Source: Patescibacteria group bacterium (lineage in GTDB: Bacteria > Patescibacteriota > Microgenomatia > UBA10105 > UBA927). From it: a stretch of DNA of 64,000 nucleotides. Below the pieces are notes generated by a model. The model ran no database searches and was not told where the DNA came from. It saw only the letters and a list, made by a program, of their open reading frames with translations. This document shows positions 20,101 through 32,100 of the stretch, piece after piece; position 1 is the stretch's first letter, and every line of letters starts with the position of its first letter. The translations under genes and the position numbers were made by a program. The stretch is from positions 17,046 to 81,045 of the forward strand of contig JBBTUH010000028.1 in NCBI GenBank assembly GCA_038063875.1, read 5' to 3'.

Positions 20101-23100
20101 CAGCAACAGAATCCCCTCCTCCACACTCTTTTTGAAGCGCCTCCAACTGAGCCTTTTTCTGCAATTCTTTATCATTGAGAGTCTTCACGTCGCCAAATAT
20201 CGCCCGCATGATCGAACCTGCAAATGCGCGAGTCTTTATAAGCGCACCCTCAAAAGATATTTGGTTTTGCGTTGCATTCTCCCTTGTCCTAATCTGATCA
20301 AAACCAAAGCGACTATTTGATTCAGAAAGCCCAAATGGCCCATTGAGAATAGAATTTTGTTGATCTATGTTTTTTCCCCAATTTCCAAAAACTTCATCAG
20401 TCGTAAGATGGAAATATCCTATGATTTGCGAAGCATCATATCCTCGTAATTGCGCAAACGGAATAATAAGTTCAGAAAAATCTCCGTTTGCGCTCATACG
20501 ATACAGTGCCAATTTTCCCTCTTCTGTATCCCAATCAAATAGCTTTGCTTCTTTGAGTGTCTGTAATATAAATATCAACCCTTGAGCTCCTTTCCAATAA
20601 AATATTTCCTCAAATTTCTTCGTTGACAATCCAACCTTATCAGCAATCAAATACTGCAAAGTAGTAACCACGAGCTCTTGAGATTCGTCATGATTGACAC
20701 GTGCAGTTCTATTTCCTATAAGAAATATGTGCAATTTCTCATGAAGCATTTCGACAGCCGCCCATACAGGATCATCAATTATACTTTGTGCGATAATAAG
20801 CCCTCCGCCTGTAGCGCTCCCCCGCGCTCCCACTGGTAATGATCGAACAATCGTTATGTCGTTTACTGGATCTGAAGGATAATCAATCGCATACTGATAT
20901 CCAGGCAACAACTGATACATCAATGATGCAAGTGTAGAAACAAATTGAGCGGGCAGACCACTTTTCTGCACCTCTTTTGAAATAATCGCACCTATGACTC
21001 GTTTTTTTTCTGCAACAGTGCCAAATGGGAAATTAAATTGTACTTGAGATGAAACGAAATCCGGTATAGTCGTGAATTGATCACGTTCCACGACAGCTTG
21101 TTCTCTATTAAATGCATCACTTGCGGCAATCGCGCTTTCTTCATGAACAGGAATATAATCTCCAAGATCAGCGGCATTTTGAAAAGAATCCCAAATATCT
21201 TTTTGTTTGGTATCCAATGCCAATATGTCTCTCACTACATGGCGCGCTATCCATTTTCGATCAGAAATACTCAAGTTTTCATATACATTAAGCTCATTCA
21301 TTATTTGATCTTGAAGTGACTCGTCAATCTGTATGAAGCTCTCTTCGACTCGTTGGATTCGATCTATCAATATCTTTATAGATTTGGGTATTTCATCGCG
21401 TATTGCTAATCGAACTTGCTGTCCAACCCACTGTTTCCTCACCCCTTGCCATAATTCACCCATCCTCTCCCAAAGCTGCATCTGGATCGGTTCGGCAAAA
21501 TGCGGTATCCCCTGATCTCCCCACCATTTTTTCACTTTACCCACTGTAGTTCTAACAAAAACTTGAGCCCTCTGCCACCAAGGTTTTCCTTGCACTACTT
21601 GAATAGTATCAACTGTCGCATGTTCAACACTTAGTGCTTTAATATAGGCTGCTGCCTTTTCTAACGATTCATTTATATATGGAGAGTCCCCATCATGGTT
21701 GTATGGAATATAGGCAACAATTTCTTCTGGTTTGACCTCTAGTTTAAGAGCGACTTCATAATTATTTACATGCTCTAGTCTTTCTTTATGAATGCTTAGT
21801 ATTAAAACTCCGCCTGTTTTTTCACCCCCAGTATAACGTGAAGCTTGTGTTATGTCGGTTGATGCCGATACATATGGAGACAGATTGGTAGGCGTGACTT
21901 CACCTGAATTTGAAAATACGTTTGTGACAATTACTGCGTCTTTGTAAGTTAATCCAAGATCACCATATGGGTTACCTGATGATAAATACTTATTGATAGA
22001 TGACTCTAGTAGATCTAAATTTTTTAACAATTCAGGGTTTATAGTAGAAACTCTCATTAAATTAAATCTTTCAGGAGAAGGATTGTTGACAAAGTTGTTT
22101 ACCGCTTCTATCAATAAGGGGTTCTGAGGATCGTAGCGAATAATATTGGATGTTTGATCGAATACTAAAGTTGCATCGTTTATCCCTCTGTACACAACAA
22201 CATTCTCATCTTTTGGTGAATTATAAATAATCGCACTCTTTGGCCCAGAACCCGAAGAGTATTCGGGCAGATCGATAACTTTGCCGGGGTATTTTAATTT
22301 TTTTAAAAGAACCTCGTTTTCTACGTGGGTTATCTCGGGTCCACCCCACCATTTTCTCACTGCACCCCACGCCCGCTGCCACAAAGGTTGTAACCTTACT
22401 TTTTGAATAGAGTTAACTTCCTTTGCAGGCACAGCCAATATATTTGCCGCATTTCCTGTGTCTATAGCAGGAGCGTTTTGTTGAATAACACTCGATCCCT
22501 TAAATTCGGTAGAGGCTATAAATGTAAATAGCGCTTGAGTTTTTTTCTGATCCTTATAAAGGGTGACTTGTTTCCCAAATGGAGCTTTGATCGGTGTTTT
22601 TGAATCATATTTAGTGGTAGGCGCCTTCATACCCTCATACCAGTAATATCCTCCTTCTTTTGGAATTACCCTTGTTAGTTCAGCTTCGACTTCTTGTACT
22701 TCCATACCAACAGAAAGTATGGCGCACCCACTGTCTGCCGCAAAAACTGATGGAATATGGAGAAATCCAGAACTACCACAACCAGAATTGTCTACAGCTG
22801 ATGTAATAAGATCTTCATAGGTAACAACAGGCGTCCCTTGTGTTTTGAGCCAAGTACTAAAAGCCCGATTGAGTGGAAATTGACTAATCCATTTATATTG
22901 ATCCACATACTCTCGATCACCTATTTCAACAGCATCCTTACTCGCTTGTGGTCCTCTATGTTCATACGCAGGTAACATGGCGTAAAACGTCTGCAACGGC
23001 CGTGAATGCACACCATAACTATTTATAGAACTATCAGTGTCTTCGATTAAAATTGTCTGAACATAATGACTCACCTCATCATAACTAAACATGTATGTAA

Positions 23101-26100
23101 TATTTTGGTTAATACTCGTAAATATATAATTTTTCTTCTGATGCTTCAGTGGTCCTCCAACCACCTCATAGCTTCCGCGAAGCCCATGAGCAAAATCAGG
23201 CATATCTGTGTCAAGGTACGTCGTAGTATCAACTGCATATCCACGCCCCGTTGCTAAAAATGGCCAAAAAGACTCCATTCCACTGGTACTGTTTGTCGGT
23301 AATTCAAATTCAGCAGTGTACGTTGGATCTACTTTTTGTGTTCGTGGAATAATTGAATCAAATAATGCAGCAATCTTATCTCCGTCGCTAAAAGAGATAT
23401 ACCCACTCAAATCCACAAACGACCCTGACACTATCTTTTCATCTAACGCAACCTGTATTTCTGCTGGAAGCACTGTATCCTGCTCACCTATCCCCTTACT
23501 TAAAATATATCTGGTAGACGAATTGACAAAGCTACTTGGTGTCTTATCACCAGACTGAAGTGGCTCAATAGATGGAATAACTCTCCACGATTCCCCTGAA
23601 TTACTTTTATAAAACATGCGATATTGTGGCTGTCCATGTGTATATACCACCCCAAGAGCAAAAGACCGATCTTGAAATGGTATTTTTATTGGATCAGAAA
23701 GATATACGTATATATCTTTCCCCAGTAAAACTTTTTGAGTAAATTTGATCTGTAATTCTTCTAGCAACACAAGTAGTTCTCTCGGTGACATCGTCGGTAC
23801 GTACAACTGGGGAGAATAGTAGGCAAGATCTTTTATCAGTTTCGCCTGCTCAGTTGTCTTATCGATCTCTAAAGCTATATTTTCTGCACGTATTGGATTT
23901 TCAAATGGTATCGTGCGTTTAAATTGCGAAACAATAAGCTCATTAATATCAGAAACAATTTCTACCACCAACTCTTCTGGTATCCACGACACATAGTTCG
24001 TAGCTCTTGTTGGTGTAATATTTAATCTTGTATTTTGTGCAACGCGTTCCTCAACTACTCGCCCAACCTCTGGCTCTGTAGCGGCATATGCATTATTGAG
24101 GTAAAGTGCCTCATTTTCCGAAACAACCATCGCTTTAGGCAAACGTATTCCGATAATATTTACTAAACTAGGACTCGAATATCGTAAATGAAGCGTTGAA
24201 TTGACAGCTTCTTTAGAAGACGCATAGAGCCGTACCTTTGTGGCATCAGTCGTATCACCGAATCTCCCAAAATATCCTGGAATTACCCGCTCATCACTGT
24301 TTCCTATCGTGTAGTATACGGTGACCCATTCAGAATCTGGGAGTTTTTCAAGAATACTTTTTTGAATAGCCAACCTCTCATTTCCAGAGGATTTATACAC
24401 TTTATCTAATGTCTGCGCGTCATATCCCGCTTGTTGCAATAATGCAGTGGTTTTTGGCGAAACATACTCACTACTCATACGAGTATTCGTACCTATACCA
24501 GTACTAAACACTGTTTTTAATATTTCTTCTGAGACTGCTGCATTGCCAGTATCAAATGTAGTAGTTAGATTAAATAATCGTGCCAAATTTGGATCTATAA
24601 TATGTAAAACTTGCTGATCTCCCCACCATTTTTTCATTGCCTCCACTGCCCTCTCCCATACTGGCAAATCTTTCTCTCCATATCTATGCACAAATCCACC
24701 TATCAACTTCTGCCATGCTGTGGCTGCCAACACATCTTCGTCTTTTTCAAACTTATTTTCTGGCTCAATTGATACTAGTTTCAATCGTTCCTTTTCCGTA
24801 ACCCCTAATTCTGCCAATCGAATTGGTCCGCGCTTTTCTAATACGACATTGGTAGAAAGATAGCGTCTCAGCCAATCCCAGTGATGCACTGGTAAATCTT
24901 GTCGTGGCAATCCGTTTAAAAAGAAATGAGTATCTATAGAACTCAGCGCATCTTGATTAGACGCTTGCGCCAGCACAGCAAACGCGTTATCTATAATTAC
25001 AATATTTGCCGCCTCCTGCTCTGTAGTCGACCCCGCATCCGTAAATACCACATCAGTTATAGACAAAGAAGGATGAGAATAATACTGGACACCCCCAATA
25101 GAAAGATCCCTCAGTGCGTTTCCTAACGCAGTACGGAGCACTTCGATATCGACCAGAGTACCTTGCGGCAACATGATGATAAAGTCATTAGCCGATGGAT
25201 GGAATACAATTTGTGCAGTGACCCCCGTCTTTCGCAAGAACTCCCGCGTCACATGCTCGACTACAGGACGAAATTGCTTCTTAATCAGCTCGTCGCCAGC
25301 CACATCTCCCAGAGTTTTTTCAAAATCTGTATTGACATGCTTTAAGACTCCTGCAAATCCGACTCGCAACATGCGCACCGCATTCCCGTAGCCTTTGGTT
25401 GTACGCACCGTCTCAATGACCCTGACGACATCAGGAAACACACGAAGTGTTTCATCGGGATTTTCTTTCTGCAATGCCGACTGCACATCGTTAGCTGTAT
25501 CCTCAAGCAGATCATCTACCATCAGCGTCGCCACCACCTGTGTCAAAAACGTTTTAAATCCTTCATCATTTGTGTCTAATGTATCAATAGAATCTAAAAT
25601 AGCATTGAGCCTAGGGTGCGTCTTTCGATAATTTTGAATCTGCTCTCCTGTATACGGCTTCTGATTTTTAGCGGCCAGCATAAATTTTTGCCTGTCAATA
25701 CGAGATAGATCTTCTAAGCTAAGCTTTTCTTCAAACGATGTATGAAGCCCTATAGACTGCGATACGATACGATCCTTTACATACAACATCTTTTGATCAG
25801 ATAGCAACACATCAAACGCTTGCGTCAAAGGGTTGGATGCATTTTTTACTGCGTGTATATCACGTACGATGATGGCATATTTGTCTCCCGTGACACGAAG
25901 ATACGCATATTGACGGGATCCGTCTTTTATCTTGTCTCGTGCTTTATCAAAAAGCCACATAATTTTTTTTAAAAGATGATCCCCAACTGTATGCTGATCC
26001 CATACATTTTTTGCAGACTTATTGGCATTAAAAAGTTCTTGCACATCATCGACGCGCAACACTCGCCAACCGAGTGCTTCCAAAAGTAACCATACTGAAG

Positions 26101-29100
26101 ATCGATAGGTCATCTGTGGCATTTGTCCCGATATATTCATCGCAGCCAACCACTCGTCCGGATCAGACAACTGTGCTAAGGATTTTTTGTCAAACATATC
26201 GCGGGTAAGAGGTGGCAACGACTTTTGATGTAACGGATCAAAAAAATGTTCGGTAAAAAGTGTGAGAACTGCAGGATCGCCCAAAAGAAGCGTTTTGAAT
26301 ACTTTGGCGAAAGGATCGGTAGGGCTTCTGTCAGAAAAGGTAAGAAACGCCTGTACTATGGTCGCTGCCACAACCTCCCCTTGCTGCTTACGAAACGAAT
26401 CGTTTTCAGAAAACGGCGAACGATGTGTAGGCGCCTCAGCTTGCATGAGCTTTTGACTTTGAATATACATACTAACCCCAGTAGGAGCGATAATTTCCCA
26501 ATCAGAAAAATAGGTTGCCAGTGCTTGTAGCGACTGCTTAACATACACGTCTCCTGTAAGCGCGGACTCATCTTGCCCATCTGCCAAAACTATTCGCACA
26601 TTCTTGATTTTTTCATCCATAATTATCACGAGTGCAGGCGTACTATCGTATGACGACACCAACAAAACCATCGCCCCACGCTCCATTGATTGATATACCT
26701 CATTCTGAATATCGTCATTATTGATATATTTTTGGAGCTCTTCAAGACGAGATGCTTTTTCACTTCTTATCGTCTTTAAATCGATACTTCCCACTGCTAA
26801 ATATTCTATTTGCTGTATGTCTTGCGCTAACAATTGCTTTTCTAACTCATGAAAAAGTCTTGGAAGATCCTTCGGATCAATGCTTGATGGAATACCATGA
26901 GAAGCAAAATATTCTTCATCAAAAATATAGCGTGCGATACCTACCTGATCCAAAAATACTATTTCTCCCTCAGGAGTTACAAGTGCGTTTACATATTTCG
27001 GCTGACTGGCTACAACCGTGTTAAGATCCCCGTGTGGAAGTTGTGTATCGAGATACAGCGTCTCTAGAGCAGACTGTAGCTTTTTGTACAGAATTATTTT
27101 ATCCGTTAATGATTCTGTATCATTTATTGCTTGAAGTAGCGATTTTCCCTGTATATATTCCATTACAGCCATTTGATTTATGTTGTTTGCATCTTTCACC
27201 CATCCATAAAAGGCTGGCTTTACCCTTGAAGATATTGGTTGTATTGCCATTTCCTGTCCGTTTAATGAAGCGCGAAATAATTCGTCAGTGGACACATCTA
27301 TACGCCGTCTCTCACGAAAATCTGGTGGTGGATCGTTCAATAAGGAAGTGTCGTGATACACTTTTACAACCACACGTTCAAACGCCTTGCTCTGAGGCGC
27401 CTTACGGTATCCAATGACAACATTCGCCTGAGCACCACCTCCAATTCTATCCTTTGTTACAAACACGAGTGAACCATCACCAAAAAGCGTGTAGTGCGGC
27501 GCTCCAAAAGCTTGGAGCCCAATTTTTAATACTAATTGTATACGATCAGGTATCAATTTTATTTCCTCTCTCGCGTACCGCCATGTCCCTGGTTGCAGCG
27601 CTGCACGAATTTGTGTAGGTAACGAGGAAATGGACGATATATTGGTCAATAGTGGTGCTACATATGGCACAAACCATGGAGCGACGTATTGATTGAGCAA
27701 ATTTCCTATGACGGTTAAAATATTTGAAAGGACGGTCGGATCAGCTCCTGTAGCACTTCCTAATTGTCTTGGCAACAGCAACGCTGCTGATCCAGTAATT
27801 TTTTTCCAAAAAGATTCTGGTTGTGAGCTTGTGCTGTTTGCGGTAGACACGTCTGTCCTCACCCCAGGTAAATCAAAATACGATTGAGGTACGTAAATCC
27901 CCAATGGGACATCTACATTAAATGATAAATTGATCTGCCTATCCTTTCCAACCTTTATAGTCGGATATAATGTACCCAAGTCAAGAATTGCTCCCTCTGT
28001 AAGCGGTGTCCATTCATCTTTTTTTAGATGCTCAGCATTAAGCTTGTATTGGAATGCACTACTTGTTTTTATATATAACAATCCATTTTCTGTTCGCAAT
28101 CGAAATGCCTCATCAGGAAACTGATTTGCTGGAAGCTTTATATCAGACGTTGATCCTGATCCAGCCACTAATTCTTTTTTCTTTGGATTCTCCACCGGTA
28201 ATTGTTGTTGGAAAAATATAAATTGTGTCCCCAAATCATCAATAGGCACACCGTTACTATATCCAAGTGTTGATAATTTTTCAGCGGCTTGCTTTGGATT
28301 TTGACTTCTCTGCAACACTTCTTCTATCACATCATCTACAGAATTAAACCGATCAGGAATTTTTGATTGCGAAACCTTAGACACCCAATCAGAACTCAGC
28401 ATTATCCTGTCCCCAGGCTGCAGTTGATATATCGATATATGTATCTGTTCGACAGACAACTTGCCATACCCGAAGACCTTTGGAGCGCTTGTTTCCACAG
28501 AGTCATACGCCTGCACTGCATCCCCTGCTTCTAATAATGGTTGTAATATACTACCTTTAAATAATGGGACACCTTGTGCATCATATAACTGACCCATGTG
28601 ATAAATTTTTCCATTTCGTAAAATACGAGCCTCTGCATCTCCTATTCGTATCATCATGATTTTATTATTTGGTAATAATTTTGCGATCACGCCTGTAGTA
28701 GGAAATTGACCTAATTCTTCCGCCAAAACTCTCTCACTACTCGCCAACTCACCATTTAATACTTGACGAAATCTTTCTAAATTTTCTTGTGTCCACACCC
28801 AAGTGGCCTTTCGTATTTGCCCAATCTTATCGGATTTAAAAAAGTCAATAATATTATTAAATAATCGTATTGCGCCTTTCTGAGAATTAATAAACTCTCC
28901 GCGTAAAACAGATACTCCATCAGACACCATAGCCACACCACTTTGAATACCAAACGCTGCATAGTCATTTATACTTACCCCTTTTTGTGGGATTTCCGTG
29001 TTTAAATATCCCTCAGTTAAGAGCGCATGAGAAATCAAATATTCATCATCTTTTGTAGGACGCAATTGCGAAATCAACGGTGTTGGCAGTGGGGTACGAT

Positions 29101-32100
29101 CGTTCTCATCTTCAACACGCGTCTGCTCATCAATCGCAATACGAGACTGTGCAGTATTCAACGAAAATCTCGCAAAAAATGGTGTGCTCCATTTCAAAAA
29201 TGAACTTTGAAGAATAGTCTCTGGCGCAGGCATCCAGGCACGAATTTTATCCATCACATATTCTGCAGCGGGTTGGGCAGGTTTCTCATTTACTAAGCTT
29301 TGTTTTTCATCAATAGTAATTCTAGTATTTGATCGTATCAACTCTTCATCTACTCCTACTGTCTGAGCCATAATTGCAGTCAAGCGATTCGCCCGCTCGT
29401 TCTTCTTAGCTCTTGCAATCAGTCGCTGAATCCGATCTTGACTCCACGTACGAAATAATTCACGCGTTGAAATGGAAATATGCACCAAACTAATCTGAGG
29501 AAACTGATCCTGATTCGCAACGATATATTGTAATGCATCTTTTCCGCTTACTACTCCATTTGGCGTATTCACATCCCAGCGATCATCTAGTGTAAACCCT
29601 AAATTATTCACAGCAAACGCCGCCATCACAAGATTCGTCGAACCCACAAGCTTCCTTGGTCGGGAAAACGCTGATAAAGATCGAAGTCGCGAAACAAATG
29701 AGTCCATGTCGACCAATCCTAATCCCATCGTAAGGGCGTCGTAATCATGATTCTGCTTGACGCTTATTGGAACAAAATGAATATTCCAAGATTGAAACGG
29801 AATATATATATTTTCAAAAATTGGATGATCATAAAAAAACTCAGTCATTGACTGTCCAATTGATGTATCTGTTAATCTCAAAAGCTTTATACCTTTTGAC
29901 AAAAGATCCACTAACACTGTGTTTATAGTTGGAGCATCAAATCGTATGGCGCCATGAGCATCTGCTCCCTTTTTAAGCTCTTGTATAAGCCGAAGTGCAT
30001 CGGTGTCCAGTTGTGTAAGCCGTTGCCTAAATTCATCATCTGAATAATTATGCATCAATGATTGATCATCTTTTATAAGAGCGCTAAATACCATTTGCTC
30101 GAGACCGAGATGAACAAGCACATCCTGATTGTCTGCAAACAATGAGGTTCCAATTATTCTTCTGATCTCCTCGCGAATTATTTTGGTGTTTCGTATGCTT
30201 ATGATGGTGCGCAATAGAGTTCCCACAACTTTTTCTTGTTGAAACGTATTTTCTGAATTAACAAGGCCAATCTCAAATTTCATTTTTCTTAAAAGCTCAT
30301 CTATCACAATAGTTCTATCGTTACTTGAAAGTTCGGTTGAATGTAAATACAACAACGTAGAAAGCATGGTCTTATTCCCAGATGCTTGAGACATACGAGA
30401 AGGCTCCTGTTCAAGAATGAGTCGGGGGAGTTGTGCCAGCAACACAATTGGGTGAATTTTCGACACGTCGATGTTAGCTTCTTCTGCGATAGCGCGAACA
30501 CGCTGATCATCTAATCTAAACTGCTCAGCAAGTGATGAAATTATGTCATCTGATGTATATGTGTCGGTTTGCGGTGTGATACTCTCCACACCTAATATCA
30601 ATACACGAAACTGTGACCAAGTCGCGATAAATCGATCATATAATTGATGAACATTATCAAGTATTGAAATAATCGGTGGCTCCATCCCGAATGCCACAGC
30701 TTCCTCAGTTACACCAATAACATTACTGAACGCACACGGATTCGACAGGCCACCACCATCTTGTGCATATACTTTTTCTATCAACATGGCGCTGCCACAT
30801 GCACGATTTTGTATAGAACTAGTTACATTTCTCACTACTTGCTGTGCAGGTATTACGATGGGATCATACGCTCGATGAAGCGCTTTTCCTGCTCGCACCG
30901 CCTGGAGAGCAAACCTCGGATCAATGCGTTGACGCACTTGTCTGATAGCTTGTGTTATAGATTGTTGCGTCGGAATCGGTTGCACTTTAGCTGGTGCAGT
31001 CACAACAGGTTGTTCTACATTTTGAGCTGTATTACTAATCCGCTTCACTTCTGGAGAAAAATTTTGTGAAAAAAGATATTGTACTGATTGTTTCAGAGAG
31101 GTATCAAGTTGCCACAATGCTTTCCACCAGTACATAATTGCTTCTCGAACAAGAGATCGTCGTGCATCCGGACCTTTAAAATACTCATCAAATTCGGCAT
31201 CATATCTACGCTCATCAAAAGATGTTACCCCTTCTCTTTTGAATGTAAGCTCCTTTTGATAATCCGCATTGTGCCGTGCGATAATGGCTGCTTTTGCTTT
31301 CCATGTATTTATACTTTTTTTCACCTGACCGCTCATCAAATTTGATTGCGCGGGTATAGGCTGAACTTTAAATGCTGCCTGCGCGTCTTCCTTATATATT
31401 TCATTTGTTATGATGTCTTGAAATGGCTTATAATAATTTCTCACTGCATCAACATCCAATTGTTTATAGGTCCATTCACCAAAAGATTCTTTGTTATTCC
31501 ATGTTGGCAAATATCCAGGACCTAATAAAATATTATATGCGGATAGGAATGGTAGCTTAATTATTCCTAACGACGATTCTTGTGGAATAAGTGTGATGGC
31601 ATGTAAATTTTGAACAAGATAGTACAAAAAATAATCAGTGAGTGTCTTATGTTGTTCACCCGCAAAATCTCTCGCTATTTGATCTCTCCGAATTAAATCA
31701 AACAATAGTCCTTGATCTAACTCACCATTTGATCCAACCCAGGGGGTATCAGTTTCAAAACTTTTTCCTTGCTGAATTATAGCTAATATATGCTGCAGTT
31801 CAACTAATAAACTCTCAAAACCATTATCATTTTCCACTCTTTTAGCCAGATCCTTTGAGATTTCTCCAATAACTTGAGCGAGCCGGACAGTTCTCCCGCC
31901 AGTTGAGTCACCGAGAAATCCTTCTCCGTGACGGAGTCGAACATAATCAAGAAGGGTTGCACCGTCCATTGTGTATTCCACTCCGGATTCAAAAATAGTT
32001 CGCGTTGCTAGTTTATCATCAAGTGCATCCGTGATAGTTGCAATTGATGTTATGGTTATACCATTGGGATATAATGCGTTTATCGCATCTCTAAATCCGT

